Source of the DNA: an uncultured Coriobacteriaceae bacterium
Lineage (GTDB): Bacteria; Actinomycetota; Coriobacteriia; Coriobacteriales; UMGS124
Reading direction: 5' to 3'
Assembly: GCA_964510125.1 (NCBI GenBank)
Contig: CAZEAF010000002.1
Span: 1-57,600, forward strand
DNA: 57,600 nucleotides
Positions within the stretch are counted from its first letter, which is position 1. Every line of letters begins with the position of its first letter. Positions 19,383 through 27,532 of this stretch are shown here, one piece after another. Position numbers and translations under genes: made by a program. The notes under the pieces are model-generated. The model was not told where the DNA came from and did no database searches. It worked only from the letters and a program-made list of their open reading frames with translations.

Positions 19383-19787
19383 TTGGAACCCAAGGATACC
19401 GCGTTCGAGATAGCGCATGTGCTTGACGAGAAGAAGGCCTGCGACATTGTAATCGCGGACGTGAGTGAGGTTGCCGACATCTGCGACTTCTTTGTCATCG
19501 CAACCGCCCCCAACAAGCGCCTGGTCGACTCTCTTGTCGACGACGTGGACGAGCATATGGCCGCGCTGGGCGTCTCCCACGGCGACATCGAAGGCCGCGA
19601 GGAGTGCACCTGGGCCCTCATGGACTACGGCCCCGTGGTCGTGCACATCTTCCAGCCTGAGGCCCGTGAGTACTACCGGCTGGAGCGCCTGTGGAACCGC
19701 GCCCGCTTCTATGACGTGGACGAAGAGGGCCAGATTGTGGGGCGCCCCTCCGCGGAGGCGCCGGCCAAGGAGCTCGTGGCCGAGTAG
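19383..19787 (+). CDS. rsfS: Ribosome silencing factor RsfS (iojap-like)
   Basis: DEKKACDIVIADVSEVADICDFFVIATAPNKR and YYRLERLW motifs. TTG start, located downstream of nadD as in many bacteria. Confidence 0.85.
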   Translation: MEPKDTAFEIAHVLDEKKACDIVIADVSEVADICDFFVIATAPNKRLVDSLVDDVDEHMAALGVSHGDIEGREECTWALMDYGPVVVHIFQPEAREYYRLERLWNRARFYDVDEEGQIVGRPSAEAPAKELVAE

Positions 19788-19842
19788 GGGCCTTTGGCGA
19801 CAAGAACATCAGCGCATATGCGGCACCGGACGCCGGCGGGCC

Positions 19843-21159
19843 TTAGGGCTCGTCGGCGTCTTTGTCGAGGGGCTGGGTATTGGAGACCTCGTCGCGGAAC
19901 TTGAGCTCGCTGCCATACATGAGGGCGGCCGGGCCGAAGCGCTCGCGCAGGGCGTCCGAGGTCTGGGCCAGCGTGGCTGCCCTCTCCCGGTCCGCCTGCA
20001 GGTCGTCTGTGTCGTCAAAGAGGCTCAGCTGCTCGGCCGGCCCCTCCCCGAAGCCGCTCACGCCGATGCCCAGCAGACGGACGTGCTCGCCCTCATGCCA
20101 GAGCTGGGGGAGCAGGTCGCGGGCCGCAGCGGCAATCTCGTGCTCGTCGCAGGTGGGGTGGACGACCGGCTTGCGGGCCGTGCGCGTGTTGCCCCAGGCG
20201 TAGGAGATTTTGAGGGTCACCGTGTGGCCGGCTAGGCCCTTGCGGCGCAGGCGGCGGGCCAGAACGTCGGCCACGTAGCCGATAGCAGACGACACCTCGT
20301 CGGCACGGGTGAGGTCCTGGGCAAAGGTGCGCTCGTTGGAGACGGACTTGGCCTTCTCGCGGTCGTCCCGGGCCCGAACGGGGGAGTGCTCGCGCCCCGC
20401 CGCCCGCTGTGCCAGGGCGGGGCCCATGACGCCTAGGCGGTCGGCCAGCATCTGTCGGTCGGCATCGGCCAGCTGGCCCAGGGTCCTTATGCCCAGAGAC
20501 TCCAGGACCGCCTCGGTGCTCTTGCCGATGCCGCTCATGGCTCGGATGGGCAGGGGCCTCAGAAAGTCGCGCACCCCTTGGGGCGGCACGACGGTGAGGC
20601 CGCGGGGTTTATCTCGCTCCGAGGCAATCTTGGCCGTGGTCTTGTTGGAGGAGAGGCCAATCGAGCAGGTCACGCCCAGCTCGCTCACCCGTCGGGAAAT
20701 CCGCCGCGCTATGGCCACCGGGTCCTCGTGGGAGAAGCGGCCAGGGCTCACATCGAAAAAGGCCTCGTCTATGGAGACCTGCTCCACAAAGGGGGTCTCG
20801 CGTCCGATAACATCCATGACGGCCCGGGACATCTCCCGGTAGCGGTCGTAGCGGCCTTGGGTCCAGATGGCCTCAGGGCAGAGGCGGCGGGCCTGGGCAG
20901 AGGACATGGCCGAGTGGACACCAAAGGCCCTGGCCTCGTATGATGCCGTTGAGACGACCCCGCGCCGCTCAGCGTCCCCGCCCACGATGACCGGCTTGCC
21001 CCGCCACTCGGGATGGTCGAGCTGCTCCACCGAGGCAAAGAAGGCGTCCAGGTCCAAGAGCCCTATGGCGGGTCCCTCCCAGGCAAGGCCACTCTCGTCA
21101 CACGGGTTCGCCGCCCCCTCATGCGCCTGGCGGACCGGCCCTTCGTCTTCCTCATACAT
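19843..21159 (-). CDS. dinB: DNA polymerase IV (Y-family)
   Basis: LDLDAFFASVEQ and SIDEAFFDV Y-family motifs. The ATG at 21159 forms an ATGTATGA overlap with the histidine-kinase stop. The ORF-track TTG at 21174 is the alternative start. Confidence 0.9.
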   Translation of the reverse strand: MYEEDEGPVRQAHEGAANPCDESGLAWEGPAIGLLDLDAFFASVEQLDHPEWRGKPVIVGGDAERRGVVSTASYEARAFGVHSAMSSAQARRLCPEAIWTQGRYDRYREMSRAVMDVIGRETPFVEQVSIDEAFFDVSPGRFSHEDPVAIARRISRRVSELGVTCSIGLSSNKTTAKIASERDKPRGLTVVPPQGVRDFLRPLPIRAMSGIGKSTEAVLESLGIRTLGQLADADRQMLADRLGVMGPALAQRAAGREHSPVRARDDREKAKSVSNERTFAQDLTRADEVSSAIGYVADVLARRLRRKGLAGHTVTLKISYAWGNTRTARKPVVHPTCDEHEIAAAARDLLPQLWHEGEHVRLLGIGVSGFGEGPAEQLSLFDDTDDLQADRERAATLAQTSDALRERFGPAALMYGSELKFRDEVSNTQPLDKDADEP

Positions 21160-22573
21160 GTTGTTCGAAGACAACCTTGAAGGTGGTGCCCTGGGCCTGG
21201 CTGGAGGTCACGGAAATCTGGGCCCGGTGGCTGTCAGCGATGCTCTTGGCTATGGCGAGGCCCAGGCCGTAGCCGGAGGTGGAGGTCCGGGTCCGGGCGG
21301 TGTCGCTGCGCCAGAAGCGGTCGAAGACGTGCTTCAGGTCCTCCTGGGACATAGGTGTGCCGGTGTTGTTCACGCTAAGGACGGGGCGGCCCTTTTGGTC
21401 GGCCGTAAGCCGGACGGTCACATGACCGCCGTTGCCTGCGTATTTGACCGCGTTCTCAATGAGAATCTTGGTCATGCGCTCCAGCGAGACCTCGTCCCCG
21501 CGGACGGACACCCCCTTGGCCACGTCGTCCTCCACGAGCACGCCCCGCTCAAAGGCCACGGCGTCAAAGGCCAGGCAGGAGCGCTGCACGATGGCCGAGA
21601 GGTCCTGAGCGGGCAGTCGCATGGGGTCGACGGGCTCGGCCTGCTCGCCGCGGGCCAGGGTCAGCATGTCCTCGATGAGGCCCTTCATGTGCTGGGCCTC
21701 CACCTGGGTGCCGTCCAGCCACTTGGCCCGCTCTTGGGTCGTGAACTCGGGATGGGCAGCCATGATGTCGTTGTTGGCGATGATGACCGTGAGCGGGGTC
21801 TTAAGCTCGTGGGAGGCGTCGGCGATGAACTTGGACTGGTCGTCCCAGGCTCGCTGGACTGGCCGGGTGGCTATGCGGGACAGGACCAAGCTGAGCAGGA
21901 GCAGGGCTACCAAGATGGCGACGCCGGCCAGGACCAGCAGCCGGAGGGTGTCCCCTATCTCGGCGTCGAAGGTTGTGGCGTCAGTAAAGGCCACGACTAT
22001 GTCCGCCGCGGTGGCATGCCGCATGTAGAAGACCCCGTATTGGGAAAGGCGGCCCTCGTCCGTGGAGGCCTCGATGGCTGAGATAAGGGCAAGGTCGCGG
22101 ATGCTGTCATCCATCTTCACGAAGGTTTCGTTAGAGGTTATGACATTGCCCTGATAGTCAATCATGTAGACGGCGGTGGGCAGGTAGGAGGACTCCCTGC
22201 GGCCGTACTTGTCGAATCCCCCGTTCTTGCCGATGCTGTAGGTGACGATGTCGGAGGGGCCCACCTGGCAGGCGTTCTCGAGGGCCGCGTGCACGTCGCG
22301 GTAGGCGTTGTTGTAGCGGTAAGCAAAGAGCATGGAAAAGGCCAAGACCACGACGAAGCCCGAGGTCAACATAATCATGAGGGTAATCTTGAGCCTGAGG
22401 TGGCGCAGCATCTCGGGCGTCTTGGCCCTATGCTTTCGCCGGGGCTTGGGGTTTACGGGGGAGACCTTCGGGGTGGCGGGGACTGCCGCGGGGCCGATGT
22501 CCGGGCAAGAATAAGGGGAACCGGGAGTCTCAGACCTTGCGTCATCTGTCCCCATCGGTCCCCCTTTCCCCAT
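21152..22573 (-). CDS. Sensor histidine kinase (two TM helices, extracytoplasmic loop, HisKA + HATPase)
   Basis: H-box ASHELKTPLT, N-box ENAVKYAGNGG, G-boxes NTGTPM and GYGLGLAIAK. The start could be ATG 22573 or ATG 22555. Confidence 0.85.
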   Translation of the reverse strand: MGKGGPMGTDDARSETPGSPYSCPDIGPAAVPATPKVSPVNPKPRRKHRAKTPEMLRHLRLKITLMIMLTSGFVVVLAFSMLFAYRYNNAYRDVHAALENACQVGPSDIVTYSIGKNGGFDKYGRRESSYLPTAVYMIDYQGNVITSNETFVKMDDSIRDLALISAIEASTDEGRLSQYGVFYMRHATAADIVVAFTDATTFDAEIGDTLRLLVLAGVAILVALLLLSLVLSRIATRPVQRAWDDQSKFIADASHELKTPLTVIIANNDIMAAHPEFTTQERAKWLDGTQVEAQHMKGLIEDMLTLARGEQAEPVDPMRLPAQDLSAIVQRSCLAFDAVAFERGVLVEDDVAKGVSVRGDEVSLERMTKILIENAVKYAGNGGHVTVRLTADQKGRPVLSVNNTGTPMSQEDLKHVFDRFWRSDTARTRTSTSGYGLGLAIAKSIADSHRAQISVTSSQAQGTTFKVVFEQHV

Positions 22574-22610
22574 GCCCCGTGGAAGGGCGCCTCACCCGAC
22601 GCCCACAAGG

Positions 22611-23297
22611 CTACTCCGGACGGGCGTCCGTGTCATCAAGACGGTAGCCTAGCATGCGGATGGTGCTGATGACGACGTGGGACTCGAGATAGTTGAGCTT
22701 CTTGCGCAAGAAAGAGATGTAGGCCTCCACGTTGTTGGCGCTGGACTCGCCCTGGGTGCCCCAGATACGGGCCAGCAGGGCCTCCTTGGAAAGAGCCGCC
22801 TTGGGGGATCGCATGAGCAGCTTCATGACGTCGCCCTCGCGCTGGGAAAGATGAACGGAGCGCGAGCCGCAGGTCAGGTTCATGTTGGACAGGTCAAGCG
22901 TGAGATCGCCGAAGGTGAGCTCGTCGAGGACCACATCGCCCACCCGCCTGGTGAGGGCGCGCAGGCGGGCCAGGAGCTCGTCGGGGGCAAAGGGCTTGGT
23001 CATATAGTCGTCGGCGCCGCAGTCCAGGCCGGTCACCTTGTCCTGGATGCTGGATCGGGCGGTGAGCATGACGATGGGGGTAGAGATGCCCTCGGACCGC
23101 AGGCGGCGGGCCACCTCGGTACCCTCCATGCCGGGCAGCATGACGTCCAAGACGATGGCATCGTACATGCCGGTCTTGGCATAACGGTAGCCCTCAAGGC
23201 CGTCGTAGACGGCGTCGGCGGTCCAGTGCTGGTCCTTGAGGATGTGCGCGAGTGCGTCGGCGAGGTTCTTTTCGTCTTCAACGACTAGTATGTTCAT
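22611..23297 (-). CDS. OmpR/PhoB-family response regulator
   Basis: MNILVVEDE..., receiver Asp in IVLDVMLPG, and a winged-helix C-terminus (VEAYISFLRKKL, GYRL). ATG at 23297 follows AGAGGAG. Confidence 0.9.
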   Translation of the reverse strand: MNILVVEDEKNLADALAHILKDQHWTADAVYDGLEGYRYAKTGMYDAIVLDVMLPGMEGTEVARRLRSEGISTPIVMLTARSSIQDKVTGLDCGADDYMTKPFAPDELLARLRALTRRVGDVVLDELTFGDLTLDLSNMNLTCGSRSVHLSQREGDVMKLLMRSPKAALSKEALLARIWGTQGESSANNVEAYISFLRKKLNYLESHVVISTIRMLGYRLDDTDARPE

Positions 23298-23339
23298 CCG
23301 AATCTCCTCTGGTCGGAGCACTTGGGCGTTCGGCCGCCC

Positions 23340-23367
23340 GTTATAATTGAATCCCACGCTATCCCAA
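23340..23367 (-). promoter_or_regulatory. Candidate promoter for the regulator-kinase-dinB operon
   Basis: On the minus strand: TTGGGA, a 16-nt spacer, then TATAAC, about 40 nt upstream of the regulator ATG. Confidence 0.3.
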
Positions 23368-23421
23368 AGCGGTTAAACCAACCTGAAAAGTCGCTACATA
23401 CACCTTCTCATAAAAAGACCA

Positions 23422-23451
23422 TTGTTATCTCTGCCTCTTATGGAGTAATAT
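23422..23451 (+). promoter_or_regulatory. Candidate promoter for rpsP-KH-rimM-trmD
   Basis: TTGTTA (23422-23427), an 18-nt spacer, then TAATAT (23446-23451), in an AT-richer divergent intergenic region. Confidence 0.4.
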
Positions 23452-23509
23452 CCTTATCTGCTGTATCTGCATACGCGGGCGTAAGCCCACCTGTGACAAG
23501 GAGCTTTAA

Positions 23510-23839
23510 TTGTCTGTCAAGATTCGTCTGTCGCGTCACGGCTCTAAGAAGCACCCCTACTACCGCATCGTCGCCATCGACGCGCGCACCAAGCGCGACG
23601 GTCGCTGCATCGAAGAGGTCGGCCGCTACAACCCCATGGTTGAGCCGCCCTACGTCCGCATCGACTTCGAGAAGGTTGACAAGTGGCTCTCCAACGGCGC
23701 CCAGCCCTCCGAGACTGTCGCCAAGCTGATTGAGAAGGCCCGCAACCCCGAGGCTGCCGCTGCCCCCAAGACCAAAAAGCCGAGCAAGAAGGCTGCCGCC
23801 AAGGCCGCTGCCGCCGCCGAAGAGGCCAAGGCTGAGTAG
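23510..23839 (+). CDS. rpsP: 30S ribosomal protein S16 (with Ala/Lys-rich C-terminal tail)
   Basis: [24 protein letters not shown] start located after AAGGAG. Confidence 0.95.
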   Translation: MSVKIRLSRHGSKKHPYYRIVAIDARTKRDGRCIEEVGRYNPMVEPPYVRIDFEKVDKWLSNGAQPSETVAKLIEKARNPEAAAAPKTKKPSKKAAAKAAAAAEEAKAE

Positions 23840-23841
23840 CG

Positions 23842-24168
23842 ATGTCCGATACCGAGGACACCGCTCAGGTTGAGGTTGAGGAGACGGTCGTCGAGGACGA
23901 GCTGGTCGAGGATGGAGAAGAGCTTCCCAGCGACCGTGTGGCCGATTTGGTGGAGTACCTTGTGACCTCGCTTGTCGATAACGTCGACGCCGTCACGATT
24001 GACGTTATCGACTCACCCGAGTCCTCACTGATCGAGCTGCATGTGTCCCCGGAGGACGTGGGGCGCGTCATCGGTCGGCGCGGTCGCGTCATAAAGTCGA
24101 TTCGCTCACTCGCGCGCGCCTGCGGCAACAAGCTCGGCGTAAACATCGACGTCGAGATTGTCGAGTAG
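23842..24168 (+). CDS. KH-domain RNA-binding protein (YlqC/UPF0109 type) with acidic N-terminal extension
   Basis: VIGRRGRVIKSIRSL GxxG KH motif, in the conserved position between rpsP and rimM. Confidence 0.85.
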   Translation: MSDTEDTAQVEVEETVVEDELVEDGEELPSDRVADLVEYLVTSLVDNVDAVTIDVIDSPESSLIELHVSPEDVGRVIGRRGRVIKSIRSLARACGNKLGVNIDVEIVE

Positions 24169-24169
24169 C

Positions 24170-24724
24170 GTGCCCAAGGTGCGGCGCACCGCATATATTA
24201 ACGTGGCTCGCGTCGTACGGGCTCATGGGCATACAGGGGAGGTCGTCATCGCTCCGATTGATGGCCTTCCCTTTTGCATGCGCGAGGGTCTGTCCGTCTG
24301 GCTGACCCCGCCGCCTTTGACCGGGCCCCATGAGCGCACAGTCCTGTCGGTGCGCGGGGGAGAGACGCCTCTGGTGGCCATATCCGGCATCGAGTCCATG
24401 GCCGACGCCGAGGGGGTCGTGGGCGACCTGGTCCTGGTCCGCCGGGCCGACGTTCCCGAGGCCGTCCGCACCAGCTTGGAGCGCCGGGCCGAGGGCCGTG
24501 CCGTCGTGGACCAGGAGCAGGGGGAGCTGGGCCGAATCAGCGAGGTCATGAACCTGCCGGCCAACGACGTGTGGGTCGTGAGCGGCGGCCCCTTCGGCGA
24601 GGTCCTCGTTCCCGTCATCGATGATGTCATCGTTGACCTGCCCGAGGAGGGGCCGATTACCGTCCGTCTGCTGCCCGGCCTCATCGACCCCAACCGCGTC
24701 CAAGACGAGGGGCCGAAAGCGTGA
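24170..24724 (+). CDS. rimM: 16S rRNA processing protein RimM
   Basis: INVARVVRAHGHTGEVVI PRC-barrel protein, located between the KH gene and trmD. The start is uncertain (TTG 24158, GTG 24170 or GTG 24179). Confidence 0.8.
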   Translation: MPKVRRTAYINVARVVRAHGHTGEVVIAPIDGLPFCMREGLSVWLTPPPLTGPHERTVLSVRGGETPLVAISGIESMADAEGVVGDLVLVRRADVPEAVRTSLERRAEGRAVVDQEQGELGRISEVMNLPANDVWVVSGGPFGEVLVPVIDDVIVDLPEEGPITVRLLPGLIDPNRVQDEGPKA

Positions 24725-25626
24725 GCCCCCTCATCCGTCTTGAGGCGCTCACCGTCTTTCCCGAGATGTTCGAGCCCGTCATGTCCACCTCCATCATGGG
24801 GCGGGCGCGTCAGGCGGGCATCGTCGACTTTGCCGTCCATGACCTGCGTGACTGGACCCACGACCGGCACCGCACCGTCGACGACGCCCCCTTCGGCGGC
24901 GGCCAGGGCATGCTCATGAAGCCAGCCCCCTTCTTTGAAGCCATTGACGAGCTCTGCCCGCCCGACGACCCCGCTTACATCGTCTTTTTCGCCCCCACGG
25001 GCGAGCCCTTCTGCCAGCGTATAGCCCAGGAGTTGTCCCAGCAGAGGAGGGTCCTCTTCGTCTGCGGTCACTACGAGGGCATGGACGAGCGGGCCTACCA
25101 GCTGGCCGACCGGGTTTTGTCCTTGGGCGACTTCGTCCTGACCGGGGGGGAGCTGCCGGCCCTAGTGGTGAGCGACGCGGTGGCGCGCCTGCTGCCCGGC
25201 GTGCTGGGGGACGACATGAGCGCCCAGGACGAGTCCTTCTCGGATGGCCTTTTGGAATACGCCCAGTACACAAGGCCGGCGGACTACCGCGGCATGGGGG
25301 TGCCGCAGGTCCTGCTCTCGGGCGACCATGCCAAGGTGGCCCTGTGGCGCCGGGCCAGCTCCCTTGCCCGGACTTGCGGGCTGCGGCCCGACCTTGTCGA
25401 CCAGGCCCGGCTCAGCGAGGCTGACGCCCGCGCCCTTGTCGCTGCTCAAAAGGCCTATGACCAGGGGATGGGGACCGAGGGGGCCACCGAGGCCGCCTTT
25501 GCGGCGCTTACCGCCAAGCCCCCCAAGCGCCGCAGGAAGAAGGCCGCCCAGGACCCGCAGGACGGGCCCGGTCCGGCAACGGGGGACGGGCCCGGCTCGC
25601 CCGAGTCCGGGAAGAGCGAGTCTTAG
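24721..25626 (+). CDS. trmD: tRNA (guanine37-N1)-methyltransferase TrmD with basic/Pro-rich C-terminal tail
   Basis: FGGGQGMLMKP, CGHYEGMDER and LSLGDFVLTGGELPA motifs. GTGA overlap with rimM. Confidence 0.95.
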   Translation: MSPLIRLEALTVFPEMFEPVMSTSIMGRARQAGIVDFAVHDLRDWTHDRHRTVDDAPFGGGQGMLMKPAPFFEAIDELCPPDDPAYIVFFAPTGEPFCQRIAQELSQQRRVLFVCGHYEGMDERAYQLADRVLSLGDFVLTGGELPALVVSDAVARLLPGVLGDDMSAQDESFSDGLLEYAQYTRPADYRGMGVPQVLLSGDHAKVALWRRASSLARTCGLRPDLVDQARLSEADARALVAAQKAYDQGMGTEGATEAAFAALTAKPPKRRRKKAAQDPQDGPGPATGDGPGSPESGKSES

Positions 25627-25756
25627 CGCATCATTTGCTTGCTCAAGCTGCGAAATGCGTGATGACGTGCCCCCAAGCGCCCAACAGCCTTACAATTACT
25701 GTTCATGACCTGTTTGGACGCAAGGCGGACCCGTGCCCGCATAAAGGACTCTCCTC

Positions 25757-26557
25757 ATGGATGAAGAACCACAGAAGTCGGCCGAAAGCGAACCGGCCCC
25801 CGACCAAACCGCCCCTGCCGGCGACCAGCAGGCCCTTTCGGCCCAAGTGGCGGGGGCTCCCGGTGCCGGCGCGCAGGGGGAGCAGGCGGCCAAGGCTCCC
25901 AGCAAGGCGGCCAGCGCCATCCGCGGCCTGGGCGAGGTCGTCATCGCCTTCGCGCTCATGTTTGGCATCATCTTCCTGCTGCGCACCTTCGTCATAGAGC
26001 CCTACCGGATCCCCTCGGGCTCCATGATTCCCACCATCGAGAAGGGCGACAACCTCTACGTCGAGAAGCTCTCGATCCTGGGGGAGGACTTCGTGCCCAC
26101 GCCCGGCCAGGTCTACACCTTCATCAGTCTTGAGGCCGACGAGGACGGCTCCTACCCCACGCTCATCAAGCGGGTCATTGCCGTGGGCGGCCAGACCATC
26201 GACATCCATGACGACCACGTGTACGTGGACGGCGTCGAGCTGGACGAGCCCTACGTGCACGACCTGCCCACCAAGGTCCTCAGGGCCGATGGCACCGGCT
26301 CCGACGAGGGCTTTGACGGGACCTTCCCCTACACCATTCCCGAGGGCTACTTCTGGGCCATGGGCGACAACCGGGTCAACTCCTCCGACTCCCGCGTCTT
26401 TGGGCCCGTCCCCTACGACAACATCACCGGCCGGGCGGTCTTCCGCTTCTGGCCCATCGTGCGTACTTCGGACTCCGTGACGGTGGACCTCGGCTTTGCT
26501 GAGTTCTCCTTCGAGCCGTTCACGCTCAACCTTGGTCCTCTTGCCTATACGGCATAG
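25757..26557 (+). CDS. lepB: Signal peptidase I
   Basis: Catalytic Ser box IPSGSMIPT, Lys box KRVIAVGG, and GDNRVNSSDSR. Confidence 0.9.
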   Translation: MDEEPQKSAESEPAPDQTAPAGDQQALSAQVAGAPGAGAQGEQAAKAPSKAASAIRGLGEVVIAFALMFGIIFLLRTFVIEPYRIPSGSMIPTIEKGDNLYVEKLSILGEDFVPTPGQVYTFISLEADEDGSYPTLIKRVIAVGGQTIDIHDDHVYVDGVELDEPYVHDLPTKVLRADGTGSDEGFDGTFPYTIPEGYFWAMGDNRVNSSDSRVFGPVPYDNITGRAVFRFWPIVRTSDSVTVDLGFAEFSFEPFTLNLGPLAYTA

Positions 26558-26617
26558 AGCTCGGCAGCTCAACAAGGGTGCCGGGCCCTTCCGGTACCAG
26601 GATGGAGGAAATGCCTC

Positions 26618-27529
26618 ATGAATCAGGATGCCCTGACTTTCCAGGAGATCATCCTCACCCTGCAGCAGTACTGGGCTCAGCAGGGCTGTGTGGTCGTCCA
26701 GCCATATGACTCGGAGGTGGGCGCTGGCACGTTCCACTGGGCCACGGCCCTGCGCACCTTGGGCGACAAGCCCTGGCGCACCTGCTACTGCCAGCCCTGC
26801 CGCCGCCCCGCCGACGGTCGTTACGGCGAGAATCCCAACCGCATGCAGCACTACTACCAGTACCAGGTCATCCTCAAGCCCGCACCCGACGACCCCCAGG
26901 AGCTCTACCTGGGCTCCCTCAAGGCCCTGGGCATCGACCCCTCCCTGCATGACGTGCGCTTCGTCGAGGACGACTGGGAGTCGCCGACCCTGGGCGCCTG
27001 GGGCCTGGGCTGGGAGGTCTGGCTCAACGGCATGGAGGTGACCCAGTTCACCTACTTCCAGCAGGTTGGCGGCGTCGAGATGGGCCCCGTGCCCGTCGAG
27101 ATTACCTACGGCCTGGAGCGGATTGCCATGTACATCCAGGGCGTCGACTCGGTCTACGACCTGGTCTGGACCCATGGCGTGGACGGTCATGACTTCACCT
27201 ACGGCGACGTCTTCCTGGAGAACGAGCGCGAGTTCTCGGCCTACAACTTTGAGGTCGCCAACGTGGACGTCATGCGCGAGAAGTTCGACGAGTACGAGGC
27301 CGAGTGCCACGACTGCCTGGGACGGGGCCTTCCGCTGCCAGCCTACGACTGCGTGCTCAAGTGCAGCCACGCCTTCAATCTGCTGGACTCGCGTGGCGCC
27401 CTCTCGGCGACGGAGCGCGCGGCCTACATCCTGCGGGTGCGCGGGGTGGCCAAGGCCTGCTGCGAGGCATGGGAGGCAAAAGAGGCGGCCGATTCGGCGG
27501 CTGTTGCAGACAAGGGAGAGGTGGCCTAG
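26618..27529 (+). CDS. glyQ: Glycine--tRNA ligase alpha subunit
   Basis: [17 protein letters not shown]..., and [10 protein letters not shown]. Confidence 0.95.
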   Translation: MNQDALTFQEIILTLQQYWAQQGCVVVQPYDSEVGAGTFHWATALRTLGDKPWRTCYCQPCRRPADGRYGENPNRMQHYYQYQVILKPAPDDPQELYLGSLKALGIDPSLHDVRFVEDDWESPTLGAWGLGWEVWLNGMEVTQFTYFQQVGGVEMGPVPVEITYGLERIAMYIQGVDSVYDLVWTHGVDGHDFTYGDVFLENEREFSAYNFEVANVDVMREKFDEYEAECHDCLGRGLPLPAYDCVLKCSHAFNLLDSRGALSATERAAYILRVRGVAKACCEAWEAKEAADSAAVADKGEVA

Positions 27530-27532
27530 GAG

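Noticed and set aside
21150-21180. A possible LexA/SOS box at the dinB start: a TCGAAC half-site within GTTGTCTTCGAACAACATG.
   Set aside because: Only one half-site matches the actinobacterial TCGAAC-N4-GTTCGA consensus, and the second half (TGTATG) does not. The sequence also lies inside the kinase coding region.
26558-26617. A possible glycine T-box or riboswitch leader upstream of glyQ, including the hairpin GGTGCCGG-N7-CCGGTACC.
   Set aside because: The intergenic gap is only 60 nt, far too short for a T-box (about 200 nt or more). No specifier or T-box sequence is visible, and the hairpin has no U-tract.
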